From: Bdellovibrionales bacterium
GTDB lineage: Bacteria; Bdellovibrionota; Bdellovibrionia; Bdellovibrionales; UBA1609
DNA: 64,000 bases
Direction: 5' to 3'
Assembly: GCA_965199825.1 (NCBI GenBank)
Contig: OZ241329.1
Coordinates: 1,152,001 to 1,216,000, forward strand
Part shown: piece by piece, positions 1 through 10,908 of the stretch
Layout: each line of letters opens with the position of its first letter
Numbering within the stretch: the stretch's first letter is position 1
Program-made: the position numbers and the translations under genes
Notes under the pieces: generated by a model
Database searches by the model: none
What the model saw: only the letters and a program-made list of their open reading frames with translations
What the model was told of the DNA's origin: nothing

Positions 1-1006
1 CCTCAACCGAAATATTGATCCCTTCATCCAATTTGATTTCTGATCCCATAGGGATAACCGTTTCGTTTTTGTCGGTGAGCCAAGCATTAAATCCCTTAGG
101 ATTGGCGAGCGAATCGAGACTAAGGTAAAATCGCCCCTGCCTTAAAGCGGTACCAATTTTTAATCGATCCGAGGATGGATTGCCGGTGAGTTCAGTGGTG
201 AGTAAAACATGATTGCTCATCAATCCAAAAAGGGTGCGGTAACTCGGAAATGATAAGACATGTGAACCATAAATTTGAAGTTTAGATTCAGCATCAGAGC
301 CTGCAAATCCCACAAAGGTTCTTCGTGTTCCGAGATAATCCCAAAGATCGAGCTCTTGATAGGGATTTTCGAATAGTCTTAAAAAGGCGAGTCGCTCATT
401 AAAGGGCCAGATAAATAGAGTCCATAAAAAACTGAGTTTTGAATGAAGCCATGCATTTTGCCAAATCAGTTTTAAATTGATGATCTCCATTCCATCCATA
501 CCAATCGGAATTTCTCCGTTCCACTGAAAATTGGGTTTAAACGGATGGGCTAACACCAATATGCCGCTTTGGCGTGAACGATGGGATTGCGACAAAAGAT
601 CGGTGAGCATCACTTGGGCTTGGCCGGCACTCTTAATATTTGCGGTGACTGCGGCATCGAGCATTAAAATTCTTGAATTCAAGTAATTGTATTTACCATC
701 AACAAATACCAAAAGGTTATTGTGGTATCCCTCAACCCCGGTGGGTTGTTCGTACAAATTCAAGTCAGTCAGAAAAATAAAATCAAGCTCAGCCTCTTGA
801 GCTGCAGAGATTACGTCGCCAAAACTTCCTGTTCCGGTACTTAAATCGGTGTGGACATTGATCACTCCTTTGTAGTCGTGAAAACCTTTTGGGTTTTCGG
901 CCACCAGTTCTTTAGGAATGATTTTGATATCAACTCGGCTCAGAATTAATCCGTAGATAAAATAAAAAAATAAAAAACCAAGTGCGATTTTTTTTATTAA
1001 GGTCAA
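1..1006 (-). CDS. PHP-domain (histidinol-phosphatase-like) protein with N-terminal membrane anchor; runs off the left edge
   Basis: Not in ORF track. Manual translation from TTG at 1006 (overlaps upstream TGA): MTLIKKIALGFLFFIFIYG...KGVINVHTDLSTGTGSFGDVISAAQEAELDFIFLTD, a PHP-like motif. Confidence 0.6.
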   Translation of the reverse strand, partial: MTLIKKIALGFLFFYFIYGLILSRVDIKIIPKELVAENPKGFHDYKGVINVHTDLSTGTGSFGDVISAAQEAELDFIFLTDLNLYEQPTGVEGYHNNLLVFVDGKYNYLNSRILMLDAAVTANIKSAGQAQVMLTDLLSQSHRSRQSGILVLAHPFKPNFQWNGEIPIGMDGMEIINLKLIWQNAWLHSKLSFLWTLFIWPFNERLAFLRLFENPYQELDLWDYLGTRRTFVGFAGSDAESKLQIYGSHVLSFPSYRTLFGLMSNHVLLTTELTGNPSSDRLKIGTALRQGRFYLSLDSLANPKGFNAWLTDKNETVIPMGSEIKLDEGINISVE

Positions 1007-2316
1007 CGTGGGTCAACCTCGACCAATTCAAAATTGTGGGAAAGAGGGCTCCGATTGGCGATCACAAAATCTTTTTGATAGTCTTGCGGTAACATTTCAT
1101 TTGGCTCACTGATCCAAAAAAATTTTTGACCTTTCATCGGTTGAGATTGAGCAAAAAAATCATAGGCATCCACACGACTCGAACCTTTTAGTTTATATAT
1201 TTGGCGCCTTAAATCAAAACTGATACTTGCAGCCATCTGGTAGGATCGTCCGTAAATAGGATTTATTTCTTGGACCTGTTGAGCAAGATCAGCAAAGACT
1301 TTTGATTCACTCGATTTTGTAATTGGCAGCCATTGATAGCGGAGCTGACTCAATATTAAAATAATGGCGACCACCCAAAATCCAAAAGTGAAATTTAGGG
1401 TTTTTTTAAATTTCAATCCGTGAGAACTCGCAAGAGCAAGCACCGCGGGGAATGCAATAATGGGCCAGTTGATTTCGGGCCGTGACTTAAATGAAGTAAT
1501 CAAAAAAAACAAAAATGGAAATAGCGCAAAAAACCAGAGCTCCCAATTTTTTCTAGATCGAGGTGCTTGAGACAACAGCCACAGCACAGTGGGAAAAATA
1601 AGAAAAAGTTCTCCCAAAATATAAGTCCGTGTCCATTCGAATTCGTAAGGCTCACTTCCAATCCCATGATTGAGTTGGAAGGCAATCGAAGCCCAGTGAT
1701 TTTGAATATTCCAAATGAGGACGGGAAGACTCGCAAGGATCAGTCCAGGAATGAGGGCAACAGACCAAATCACAATGATCCTCATCGGGACACGTTCTGA
1801 TAAAAGCCAGATCAAGGCACACGGAAAAAATAAAACCATCACATATTTTGATAAAAATCCGAGTCCAAGACTGAATCCAAGATAAAACGCAAACTTCAAT
1901 TGTTTGGTGTCTATAAGTTTGGTCATCAAATAAAAACTCAATGACCAAAAAAACATCAGTGGCAAATCGGGTGTGACGATCACGCTGCCGGGTCCGGTCA
2001 AGGGGTGTAACGCAAATAAAATAGCCCATAAATAGAGTGAATCGGGAGAGAGATATTTTTTTAAACCCAAAAACCAAAACACGCCGGTCAGGTGGCCAAA
2101 TAAAACCGCAGGCCAGCGAACCGTTTCACCAAATGGTTCAAAGATTTGACCCACCCAAAAAAGCCAAGCCACAAAAGGGGGATGATCAAAAAAACTCCAC
2201 TGAAGATTATGACTCCATGCCCAGTAGTAGGCTTCGTCTGCAAACAGTGGAATAAAAGCCGAAACCAATAATTTTAAGATTAATGAGTAGCTAAATACTT
2301 TTTGTATTGGGGTCAC
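1003..2316 (-). CDS. ArnT/GT39 (PMT-like) membrane glycosyltransferase
   Basis: DEAYYW, DHPP, TPDLPL and SKY motifs; multiple TM segments. Confidence 0.8.
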   Translation of the reverse strand: MTPIQKVFSYSLILKLLVSAFIPLFADEAYYWAWSHNLQWSFFDHPPFVAWLFWVGQIFEPFGETVRWPAVLFGHLTGVFWFLGLKKYLSPDSLYLWAILFALHPLTGPGSVIVTPDLPLMFFWSLSFYLMTKLIDTKQLKFAFYLGFSLGLGFLSKYVMVLFFPCALIWLLSERVPMRIIVIWSVALIPGLILASLPVLIWNIQNHWASIAFQLNHGIGSEPYEFEWTRTYILGELFLIFPTVLWLLSQAPRSRKNWELWFFALFPFLFFLITSFKSRPEINWPIIAFPAVLALASSHGLKFKKTLNFTFGFWVVAIILILSQLRYQWLPITKSSESKVFADLAQQVQEINPIYGRSYQMAASISFDLRRQIYKLKGSSRVDAYDFFAQSQPMKGQKFFWISEPNEMLPQDYQKDFVIANRSPLSHNFELVEVDPR

Positions 2317-3137
2317 GGCAACTTAATTGTTTTGGGTTTACCAAGATCTCCTGGCACACCTGTGTCGCGACCATTGATAATGATGTCAATTGCGCCACCG
2401 TCGCTAGCTTCAACGTGAACCACACCTTTTGTTTTGATGGTGTGGACCTGGTCGGGTTGAAGTGTGATCTCAGTCACATCACCGCCGTTAACCTGAAATT
2501 TAAGGGTCACTTTATCCAAAGCCTCAAATATAATCTCGTTTTCGACATCACGTTTTTTTGGTGCGCTCGAAGGCTTGGGTTCTGGTTTTGGAGCTTCAAC
2601 TTTGGCTACAACTTCGGGTTTTGGAGTCAATGTAGGTGTTGGAATCGGAGTGGGCTCTATAGGAATCGTGATTGGCGATTCTGAGATGAGAGGTGTTGCT
2701 GAACTCACTGGACTCGAGATGGGAGCCGGGTCCGTTTGACGTTCGCGTTCATATTTTTCCATCAAGTTTCGCAACAAAAGAATGACCAAGATTAAAATAC
2801 CGATGGCTGAGATCGCAATTGCCTTGATAGTTCGGGCCCGCTTTTCGATATCTGGAAGAGCCGATGAGACAGTGGATTCTTTTGTTTGGATAACAGGCTG
2901 ATCGACAATGCTCTCTTCTTGGTAAGCCTTTAAGGTCGCCTCTGGATCAAGCTTCAAATAGCTTGCGTAAGAACGAATAAACCCGCGCAAAAATGTTCGT
3001 GCCGGAAGTTGAGCCTCATCGCCAGCTTCCATTGCGGCCAAAACTTTAAGATTAATTTTTGTGGCCATGCTCACTTCAATAAGTGAAACACCTAACTTTT
3101 CTCGTGCAGCTTTAAATTTTTCGCCCGTTTTTTTCAT
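2313..3137 (-). CDS. rodZ: RodZ-like protein (HTH + TM + DUF4115)
   Basis: N-terminal HTH with RGFIRSYASYLKLD, single TM, Pro-rich linker, C-terminal LGKP. Confidence 0.75.
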   Translation of the reverse strand: MKKTGEKFKAAREKLGVSLIEVSMATKINLKVLAAMEAGDEAQLPARTFLRGFIRSYASYLKLDPEATLKAYQEESIVDQPVIQTKESTVSSALPDIEKRARTIKAIAISAIGILILVILLLRNLMEKYERERQTDPAPISSPVSSATPLISESPITIPIEPTPIPTPTLTPKPEVVAKVEAPKPEPKPSSAPKKRDVENEIIFEALDKVTLKFQVNGGDVTEITLQPDQVHTIKTKGVVHVEASDGGAIDIIINGRDTGVPGDLGKPKTIKLP

Positions 3138-3874
3138 TTTAGCATTTCCATGATCATCCGCGCTTGAGGCGCATATTCGCTATTTTCATATTTAGCCAGA
3201 AACAAGGTCAGCCGGTCTACCGCATTATTTCGATCGCCTTTTTTAAAATAACTTAATCCCGAAAAAAACAACGGCTCATCGAAATTATTATCTCGACACA
3301 GCTGAGTGGCCTGATCAAGCGTTTTGGCGGCACGCTCAAAATTCTGAAGCTCATAATGTGTGCGCCCCATGAGGTTTGTGGCTCCGCAATCGTTAGAACG
3401 AAAATTTAAGGACTGATTGAGAGTTTTTTTGGCCAGTTGGAAATCTTTTTTCTTAAAGTATCCTACCGCAAGTGTGGTTAAGATCTGATCGGGTTTAGAA
3501 AAAGTAAGGTCATCCGCAGCAATTTTGAGCTGGGTAATCGCATCATCAAATCGACTTTGATCGATCAACATTTTGCCATAATAAAATCGGGCTTCGGTAA
3601 ATTTCTTGTCCAATTGCAGCGCTCTTTTGAAATGTTCCTCAGCCGTGGCAAAGTGCTCTCGAACAGAGTAGGCAAGACCCAGATACATCTGAATTTGTTT
3701 ATTTTTTGGATCTAATTTTTCGGCTAGTAGCAGTTCACCAAGAGCTTCAGGGTTTTTGTGATTCCCTAAGAGTGAAGCTCCGATTTGCAAATGGAGTTGG
3801 GCTTTTTTGACATCGGTTTTAGAAGCAGACACACAGCCACTTAAAAATACCATCAAGCACAACAAAAATTTCAT
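3134..3874 (-). CDS. TPR lipoprotein (PilF/PilW-like)
   Basis: Lipobox LSGC after probable ATG at 3874; TPR repeats; lies upstream of rodZ. Confidence 0.65.
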   Translation of the reverse strand: MKFLLCLMVFLSGCVSASKTDVKKAQLHLQIGASLLGNHKNPEALGELLLAEKLDPKNKQIQMYLGLAYSVREHFATAEEHFKRALQLDKKFTEARFYYGKMLIDQSRFDDAITQLKIAADDLTFSKPDQILTTLAVGYFKKKDFQLAKKTLNQSLNFRSNDCGATNLMGRTHYELQNFERAAKTLDQATQLCRDNNFDEPLFFSGLSYFKKGDRNNAVDRLTLFLAKYENSEYAPQARMIMEMLK

Positions 3875-3913
3875 AAACCTAAAGTAACAACAGTTTCTGA
3901 CATTATCCAATTA

Positions 3914-4966
3914 TCAATTTCGACGCTGCATAACGCAAAGAGTTTCGATATGCGCGGTTTGAGGAAACATATCAAAACCTTGAACACTTGTGATGACAAA
4001 GTCCTGCATCAAAGGCTCAAGATCGCGCACCAAAGTCATCGGCTGACAGCTGACATAGATCAGTGTCTCAACATTTTTTTGATTGAGTAAACCTTTGATC
4101 ACATTTGGAGTTATTCCCGCACGGGGAGGGTCTAGCAAAATCGTATCGCACAAAGTCCGATTTGATTCTAAATAAGTCTCAACATTCTCACACACAAATT
4201 TGATATGCGACTGCGCATGGGCTAATTGTTGAGCGAGCTGAATACTTGATTTTGAAAGCTCAACTCCTGTGACTTCACTCAAAGGTAAGTGCTGTGCAAT
4301 CGGAAATGTGAAATTTCCGTGACCACAGTAAAGATCCAATATTTTTTTTGAATCAGGAGAAATTGCGGCGAGCACCGCCGTGATCAGATTTTTATTTTGC
4401 TCGGTATTGACCTGCGAAAATGTTTGATTGTTTGAGTCGGTTACAGAAATTTCTTTGCGTTCAGTTGAGCGATCAATATTTTTCATTTGGTTAGTCACAG
4501 CGAGCTCGGTGATCGGGCAATCTTCGATCTCAACCAGCTTGTGACTGGATCTTGCAAAAAAGCCCATACGTCCATTTTTAAAATGCAATTGAATGCGGTT
4601 GCGATACCGGTAAGTCAAAGGGGAGGGCAAAAAATTTTTGAAAGTCGGATTCAGTTTTTGAAAAGTCCGCCGCAAGATTTTGTCTTTTTGATTAAGCTGT
4701 TCTTGATAGTCCACGTGTTGCCAATCGCATCCGCCGCACACTCCAAACACGGGGCATTGGGGTAAAGTGCGCGAAGCTCCAGATTCGATCACTGAGATCA
4801 CTTGGCCCACAGCAAATCGTTTTTTTCGTTCGATAATTTTTATTTCGACAAGATCGCCAGGAGCGGTGAAAGGAACAAAAATAACTTCACCGTTATGACG
4901 GCCAACTCCGCGGCCGCCATTGTAGGATAAACTCTCGATACGAACTTTAAGAATTGACGAGTTCAC
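3914..4966 (-). CDS. rlmD: 23S rRNA m5U methyltransferase (RlmD/TrmA family, TRAM domain)
   Basis: TRAM domain, CxxxxxCGGC, LDLYCGxGNF, DPPRAG, YVSC, DMFPQTxHIE; start re-estimated at GTG 4966. Confidence 0.85.
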   Translation of the reverse strand: MNSSILKVRIESLSYNGGRGVGRHNGEVIFVPFTAPGDLVEIKIIERKKRFAVGQVISVIESGASRTLPQCPVFGVCGGCDWQHVDYQEQLNQKDKILRRTFQKLNPTFKNFLPSPLTYRYRNRIQLHFKNGRMGFFARSSHKLVEIEDCPITELAVTNQMKNIDRSTERKEISVTDSNNQTFSQVNTEQNKNLITAVLAAISPDSKKILDLYCGHGNFTFPIAQHLPLSEVTGVELSKSSIQLAQQLAHAQSHIKFVCENVETYLESNRTLCDTILLDPPRAGITPNVIKGLLNQKNVETLIYVSCQPMTLVRDLEPLMQDFVITSVQGFDMFPQTAHIETLCVMQRRN

Positions 4967-5372
4967 TGGATTCGAAAAACAAACCGAGTTCGCGTTTTGC
5001 ACTCTCAGCACTGTCAGAGCCATGCACTGCATTTTCGCCCATGCTCCCACCAAATTCGGCACGCAAAGTTCCAGCCGCAGCTTTTTTAGGATCGGTTGCG
5101 CCCATGATTTCGCGATTGCGCAGCACCGCGTTTTCGCCTTTTAAAGCCATCAGCATCACTGGGCCTGAAGTCATAAATGTCACAAGCTCACCAAAAAATG
5201 GACGCTCTTTGTGTTCGGCATAAAACTCTTCACACTTTGATTTATTGAGGTGGACTAATTTTGCTCCAGCGACTTTTAGTCCGCTAGTTTCAAATTTGTG
5301 AATGATGGCTCCGATTGCACCTTTTTTGACGGCATCGGGCTTAATAATACTAAACGTAGTTTCTACGGACAT
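4947..5372 (-). CDS. ndk: Nucleoside diphosphate kinase
   Basis: [15 protein letters not shown] active-site motif. Confidence 0.97.
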   Translation of the reverse strand: MSVETTFSIIKPDAVKKGAIGAIIHKFETSGLKVAGAKLVHLNKSKCEEFYAEHKERPFFGELVTFMTSGPVMLMALKGENAVLRNREIMGATDPKKAAAGTLRAEFGGSMGENAVHGSDSAESAKRELGLFFESSELVNS

Positions 5373-5383
5373 TCGAACTCTCC

Positions 5384-6250
5384 TTATAAACTTGATTTTA
5401 ATGTGGATCCGAGATCAGCCGGACTTTGTGCAATATGGCAGCCCGCAGATCGAAGTGCATCAAATTTCGCTTGGGCTGTGCCTTTGCCGCCACTAATAAT
5501 TGCACCGGCATGACCCATTCGTTTTCCGGGAGGCGCAGTAGATCCTGCAATAAAGCAGGTGACAGGTTTTTTGAATTCTTTCTTGATGTATTCCGCAGCC
5601 TCTTCTTCGGCTGTTCCACCAATTTCGCCAATCATAATCACCGCATCGGTGCCAGCATCTTTATTAAACATTTCTAGTATATCAATAAAGTTTGTACCAT
5701 TCACGGGATCGCCGCCGATTCCAACACAACTACTTTGGCCAAGGCCGACTTTGGATAACTGATAAACCGCTTCGTAAGTCAACGTGCCTGAGCGCGAGAG
5801 CACCCCAATGCGTCCTGGTTTATGAATATGACCAGGCATAATTCCGATTTTGCATTCGCCGGGGGTAATAACGCCGGGACAGTTGGGTCCGATCAACCGA
5901 GTTTTTTTGCCCTTCATATAATTTTTTGTCTTAACCATATCCAAAACAGGGATGCCTTCGGTGATGCACACCACGAGTTCAAGACCAGCATCAACCGCTT
6001 CCATAATCGCATCGGCTGCGAAAGGAGGCGGAACATAAATCACACTTGCGGTTGCTCCCGTTTTTTCGACCGCATCGCGAACCGTATCAAAAACAGGAAG
6101 ACCAATGTGAGTGGTTCCACCTTTTCCTGGAGTCACCCCACCTACCATTTTGGTTCCATAGGCCACGGCTTGCTCAGAATGAAATGTTCCCTGTGCACCA
6201 GTAAATCCTTGGCAGATCACTTTGGTATTTTTATTTACAAGAATCGACAT
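5384..6250 (-). CDS. sucD: Succinyl-CoA synthetase alpha subunit
   Basis: QGFTG, GPNCPG, RMGHAGA. Confidence 0.97.
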   Translation of the reverse strand: MSILVNKNTKVICQGFTGAQGTFHSEQAVAYGTKMVGGVTPGKGGTTHIGLPVFDTVRDAVEKTGATASVIYVPPPFAADAIMEAVDAGLELVVCITEGIPVLDMVKTKNYMKGKKTRLIGPNCPGVITPGECKIGIMPGHIHKPGRIGVLSRSGTLTYEAVYQLSKVGLGQSSCVGIGGDPVNGTNFIDILEMFNKDAGTDAVIMIGEIGGTAEEEAAEYIKKEFKKPVTCFIAGSTAPPGKRMGHAGAIISGGKGTAQAKFDALRSAGCHIAQSPADLGSTLKSSL

Positions 6251-7419
6251 CAGTGTGCTCCCTTAACTGCGGTTACGATTTTTTCTGCGGCATCGGTAAG
6301 ATCATCTGCAGGAGTGATATTTAAACCACTTTCTGCCAAGATCTTTTTGCCTAACTCAAAATTTGTTCCCTGGAGGCGAACTACAAGTGGAACACTTAAG
6401 CCGAGTTCACGGCTGGCGGCGATCACACCTTCGGCAATAATGTCGCACTTCATGATTCCACCAAAAATATTGACCAGAATTCCGCGAACGTTTTTATCTT
6501 TTAAAATCAGTTTGAAAGCATTGGTGACTTTTTCTTTATTTGCACCACCGCCCACATCCAAAAAGTTGGCCGGTGAACCGCCATGAAGTTTAATGATATC
6601 CATAGTGGCCATCGCAAGACCCGCACCGTTAACAAGACAGCCAATATTGCCGTCGAGTTTAATAAATGCCAGATCGTATTTACTCGCTTCGATTTCTGAG
6701 GGCTCTTCTTCGCTCAAATCGCGAAGTTCGACCACATCGGAATGGCGAAACAAAGCATTGCTATCAAAATTCATTTTTGCATCGAGCGTGATGATGTCGC
6801 CGTCTTTGGTCACAACAAGAGGATTGATTTCTGCCATCGAACAGTCACTGGCTTCGAACGCTTTATAAAGAGCCACAAATTGATTTGCGGCCTTGCTTGC
6901 CACTTTGTCTTTCATGCCGATCGCAAACGCAAGTTCGCGCGCCTGAAAGGGCATCAGACCGACTGCAGGATCAACCACCACTCGGGTGATTTTTTCTGGA
7001 GATTTATCGGCAACTTCTTCGATGTCCATTCCACCTTCGGAACTGGCGATCAAAGTCACTTTGCCAAAAACACGATCAACAAGTGCGGCCACATAATATT
7101 CTTTTTCGATGGCACAGCCTTGCTCAACTAAGACTTTTAAAACTTTTTTGCCCTCTGGTCCGGTTTGATGGGTAACAAGGGTCATACCAATAATGTTTTT
7201 GGCGTAGGTTTTAACTTCGTCTAAAGATTTTGCGACTTTTACGCCGCCACCTTTACCGCGACCGCCGGCATGAATTTGGGCTTTGACAACCCAAACCGAT
7301 CCGCCGAGTTCTTGCGCCGCTTTGACCGCGGCTTCGGGAGTGTCCGCAGTAATTCCTTTTAAGGTCGACACACCAAATTTACGTAAAAGTGCTTTGGCTT
7401 GATATTCATGAATATTCAT
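6250..7419 (-). CDS. sucC: Succinyl-CoA synthetase beta subunit
   Basis: [31 protein letters not shown]. Confidence 0.97.
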   Translation of the reverse strand: MNIHEYQAKALLRKFGVSTLKGITADTPEAAVKAAQELGGSVWVVKAQIHAGGRGKGGGVKVAKSLDEVKTYAKNIIGMTLVTHQTGPEGKKVLKVLVEQGCAIEKEYYVAALVDRVFGKVTLIASSEGGMDIEEVADKSPEKITRVVVDPAVGLMPFQARELAFAIGMKDKVASKAANQFVALYKAFEASDCSMAEINPLVVTKDGDIITLDAKMNFDSNALFRHSDVVELRDLSEEEPSEIEASKYDLAFIKLDGNIGCLVNGAGLAMATMDIIKLHGGSPANFLDVGGGANKEKVTNAFKLILKDKNVRGILVNIFGGIMKCDIIAEGVIAASRELGLSVPLVVRLQGTNFELGKKILAESGLNITPADDLTDAAEKIVTAVKGAH

Positions 7420-8363
7420 TAGAACTCCAATTTCTTAAGTGCTTCGACTAATTCGATCACTGCTTTTTTAGAATGCTCGAGTCCTGCGCGTTCGGTGTCA
7501 TTGAGTTTGACCTCAATCACTTTTTCTAAACCATTTCCACCAAGGCTGCACAATACACCAATAAACAAATCATTGATGCCGTACTCACCTTGTAAAAATG
7601 CAGCACAGGGAAGAACTCGTTTTTGATCGCGCAAAATACTCTCAGCCATTTGCACAGCACTGGCCGAGGGAGCGTAAAATGCAGATCCTGTTTTGAGTAG
7701 GCCAACAATTTCTGCGCCGCCATTGCGTGTGCGATCAACTAATGCTTGAACCCGATCTGCAGGCAAAAATTCTTGAAGTGGAATTCCACCAACCGAACAA
7801 TGGCGCGGCATTGGGACCATGGTATCGCCATGACCACCGAGCACAAATGCTTGGATATCTTTGACACTGACATTTGTTTCTTCAGCAATAAAAGATCGAA
7901 AGCGTGCAGAGTCTAAAACTCCAGCCATCCCAATCACTCGCTCTCGAGGAAATCCCAAAACATCTTTTGCAACAAAGGCCATTGCATCTAAAGGATTGCT
8001 GACAACAATCACAACACTTTGAGGTGCGTATTGTTTAATTCCCTTACACACTTCTTTCATAATTTTGGCGTTGGTTGAAAGTAAGTCATCACGGCTCATT
8101 CCAGGTTTACGCGGAATTCCAGCAGTCACAATCACCACATCAGAATCCGAAATGTCTTTGTAATCCGCAGTTCCAACAACGCGCGAATCAAAACCTTCAA
8201 CAGGTGAAGCCTCAAAAAGATCAAGGGCTTTTCCCTTTGCGACCCCTTCGTTCACATCGAGAAGGACCACATCGCCCAATTCTTTTGCGGCTGCCCAATG
8301 CGCGCATGTTGATCCAACAAATCCCGCACCAATCACAGAAATCTTTTTACGTTTGTGTCCCAT
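7419..8363 (-). CDS. mdh: Malate dehydrogenase (LDH-like)
   Basis: [25 protein letters not shown] 8363 preferred (GTG 8375 alternative). Confidence 0.95.
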   Translation of the reverse strand: MGHKRKKISVIGAGFVGSTCAHWAAAKELGDVVLLDVNEGVAKGKALDLFEASPVEGFDSRVVGTADYKDISDSDVVIVTAGIPRKPGMSRDDLLSTNAKIMKEVCKGIKQYAPQSVVIVVSNPLDAMAFVAKDVLGFPRERVIGMAGVLDSARFRSFIAEETNVSVKDIQAFVLGGHGDTMVPMPRHCSVGGIPLQEFLPADRVQALVDRTRNGGAEIVGLLKTGSAFYAPSASAVQMAESILRDQKRVLPCAAFLQGEYGINDLFIGVLCSLGGNGLEKVIEVKLNDTERAGLEHSKKAVIELVEALKKLEF

Positions 8364-8498
8364 ATCGAATGCCACCTTTCAGGTATTTTTTTAAAGCCCA
8401 TGTTATATCAGAGCGCCGTTTCGATCTTCAACTTCGCTACTCTGTGCAGCGAAGCGTTACCTTTACAATCCCAAACTCACAGAGCACACTGAACCAAT

Positions 8499-9092
8499 AT
8501 GAAAATGATGATCTCGATTTTAATTTCTTTTTTGGTAAACGGGCACGCGCAAATTTTAATGGACGATTCTCAAGGCACAACAAAGTCCAGTATGAGCATG
8601 CGTTCGGCTAATGATATTTATGATATGCGACGCTCGCATCGGGTGGGCGCCGGATTTTCGGCACTGGGCCCAAGTGGAGTGGCGGGACTTATCGTCGAGC
8701 TTAATTTTACGACCGAGAATAGTTTTGTCGGTGGTTTTGGAATGGGCTCAGATTTTCAGGCCTTCCATCTTCAGGTGAAACATGTGTTTGGCGGAAATTA
8801 TGTCAGTCCATATTTAAGTGGCGGAGTTGCACACTGGTACACACCGTCCCCTCAAGGGAATCTTGAAAAAACTCATCCTAGCTTTTTGGTCGACAGATTT
8901 TTGACCGCAGAAAAACGTCAAAGCGGAAATTTTCAGGAAAATATTTTGTTTCCCGCATTTGGAATTCAATATGTTCAGTTTTCTGGTGCTTATGCGGGTG
9001 CGAGTCTTTATGCCGAAGTCGATGCATTGTTTGATATTAATTCGCTAGTGATGGTGCCCACGGGCTCTGGCGGATTTCTTTATTACTTCTAA
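8499..9092 (+). CDS. Probable outer-membrane beta-barrel protein
   Basis: Signal-like N-terminus, alternating Gly/aromatic strands, C-terminal YYF. Confidence 0.5.
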   Translation: MKMMISILISFLVNGHAQILMDDSQGTTKSSMSMRSANDIYDMRRSHRVGAGFSALGPSGVAGLIVELNFTTENSFVGGFGMGSDFQAFHLQVKHVFGGNYVSPYLSGGVAHWYTPSPQGNLEKTHPSFLVDRFLTAEKRQSGNFQENILFPAFGIQYVQFSGAYAGASLYAEVDALFDINSLVMVPTGSGGFLYYF

Positions 9093-9103
9093 ATTTTAGA
9101 CAT

Positions 9104-9134
9104 AAAAAAACCCTTAAGCTTTTGACTTAAGGGT
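9104..9134 (-). terminator. Intrinsic terminator for the minus-strand small ORF
   Basis: ACCCTTAAG (9110-9118)/CTTAAGGGT (9126-9134) stem followed by a T-run on the minus strand. Confidence 0.75.
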
Positions 9135-9160
9135 CTCAAACACTCTGATTAACAGAGGAT

Positions 9161-9238
9161 TTACTTTTTCTTACGAGCAACTTTTTTAGTAGCTGTTTTT
9201 TTCTTTGATGCTTTTTTAGCAACTTTCTTTTTAGCCAT
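9161..9238 (-). CDS. 25-aa lysine-rich basic microprotein (histone H1-like composition)
   Basis: MAKKKVAKKASKKKTATKKVARKKK*; AGGAGG RBS upstream and terminator downstream; below ORF-track cutoff. Confidence 0.75.
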   Translation of the reverse strand: MAKKKVAKKASKKKTATKKVARKKK

Positions 9239-9368
9239 TTTCGGATCCTCCTGGGATGAGTTTCAATGTTGTTCACATTGTTGTTTCAATTCAAGTGTAC
9301 CTTGGCGACTTCATCGGTCAATAGAAAAAATTAAATATGTCATCGAAATTGCAATTCAAGGTCTAGCG

Positions 9369-10133
9369 ATGACAACTCAAAACATATTTGTGTTTACCAT
9401 GTGTTTGTTCGGATTGATGTCCGCACTTCGGTCACTTCATCAACTGAATGAATCTGCAATTTGCGAGCGTGATGATGTGAAAACAGCTGCAGCACTTCAC
9501 TGTTTTTTCTTAAGCGCGCCGATATTGATCTCAATATGGACACCCATATTTGCAATCGGGCTTATGGCTCTGCACATCTTAGGAACAACCCACATTTTAA
9601 AAATCGCCCTCTACTTCAAGTTCCGAAAGTTCGAGAACCAAAAGATTTTTTTCTTAAGCTTTTTGATTTTAAAGATGAAGGGAGGTCTTTCGCTCCGATC
9701 GGCAATCAAAGAACTCACTCTCGATTTTGAAAGTGGGCAAAAGTTTTTATATGTCTTTGCTCGCCAACTGCGCGAGACGCTTGAGACTGCAAAAGTCTCC
9801 CGCGGATTAAGCGAACTGCCCAATACTGCAGAACTGGCTCGAGAAATTCTGCAAGCCGAACAAAGTCCGCAACACTGCCTCAAGCGGTTGATCAACTTGC
9901 GTGAACGATTTAAAAAACAATTTTCTTTTCGACAAAGGTCCGGACAAGCGCTGACTCAGATTCGGGCGCAAACAATTATTCTTGGATTTCTTTATGGCGC
10001 CCTGATGGCGTTCGTCACTTACCAATATGGCATCAAACGGTTTGTGGAGCTGCGAGTGCTCTCAATTGTCCTGTTCGGTATCGGAGTAACTTCAGTTTTT
10101 TATTTGGGAGGTAAAATCAAATGGAAGGTTTAG
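9369..10133 (+). CDS. TadB-like (T2SSF-fold) membrane protein
   Basis: TM, then GLSLRSAI, then QIRAQ-TM-TM layout typical of TadB. Confidence 0.45.
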   Translation: MTTQNIFVFTMCLFGLMSALRSLHQLNESAICERDDVKTAAALHCFFLSAPILISIWTPIFAIGLMALHILGTTHILKIALYFKFRKFENQKIFFLSFLILKMKGGLSLRSAIKELTLDFESGQKFLYVFARQLRETLETAKVSRGLSELPNTAELAREILQAEQSPQHCLKRLINLRERFKKQFSFRQRSGQALTQIRAQTIILGFLYGALMAFVTYQYGIKRFVELRVLSIVLFGIGVTSVFYLGGKIKWKV

Positions 10134-10552
10134 CGCCGTCATATCAGTTTTTGCTGAATATTCGCTTAGCTCTTGAAAATGGAGTGGCATTGCGGACCGC
10201 TTTGATTAACGAAACCAAAAGTAAATCGGATGAGTTCCATCAAGAGGTAAGGCGTTGGCTCGCTTTCGAAGATCAAGCGCAGTCGATGCCACTCAATCAA
10301 ATTACACCCAATGCCTATCGACGATGTTTATTTCAAATTTTATCGCAAGGCTTGCGGGGTCAACCGGTGCATGCGGCTCTGATCGAAATCGAGGAAGAGT
10401 GGGACGAGAGCTGTCGGGATGATGTCGAACGCCATTTACAAAAACTTCCGATACTGATGCTTTTGCCACTTTTGTTTTTGCAGTTTCCGGCATTTTTACT
10501 TTTGTTACTCGGTCCAATCATTGGGGATTTCCTCGAAAGTTTACATATATGA
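10121..10552 (+). CDS. Short TadC-like membrane protein
   Basis: LENGVALRTAL and C-terminal KLPILMLLPLLFLQFPAFLLLLLGP as in TadC. Confidence 0.5.
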   Translation: MEGLAPSYQFLLNIRLALENGVALRTALINETKSKSDEFHQEVRRWLAFEDQAQSMPLNQITPNAYRRCLFQILSQGLRGQPVHAALIEIEEEWDESCRDDVERHLQKLPILMLLPLLFLQFPAFLLLLLGPIIGDFLESLHI

Positions 10553-10899
10553 AGTTCGTTGCTTTTTTATTATTAAAATTGGCGGTGGCGGGCGGTTTAT
10601 GCCAGCACCAGCTCGAAGATCGCGAAGTTCCGATTGCCTGTTTTGCCAAAATAAACAAAATCAAAAACCAGGAGCACCGCCAAATTTTTAGCGATATTTT
10701 AGAGCGGAGGTGTGCTGCGGCTGTAAATGAAGAATCGCGAGTTGAGCGGTTGGTGATCCTCGAAAAACATCCGATCTTATCGGCACAATGTCGAAAAGTG
10801 GTCTCAACAAGATTGCTAAAGATTATTTACCGCAACGAAGACGATGCCCCGGAGGAGATCGTAAAAGTCTTAAGCAATGACGGAACGCTATTTGAATAA
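10549..10899 (+). CDS. Hypothetical exported Cys-containing protein
   Basis: Coupled ORF (ATGA overlap), signal-like N-terminus, 4 Cys. Confidence 0.5.
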   Translation: MKFVAFLLLKLAVAGGLCQHQLEDREVPIACFAKINKIKNQEHRQIFSDILERRCAAAVNEESRVERLVILEKHPILSAQCRKVVSTRLLKIIYRNEDDAPEEIVKVLSNDGTLFE

Positions 10900-10908
10900 G
10901 ACAAAGTT

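Noticed and set aside
5822..6586. Long antisense and alternate-frame ORFs over sucCD (and similar ones over suf, tol, clp and lon)
   Set aside because: They are shadow ORFs of well-supported conserved genes and show no recognisable motifs.
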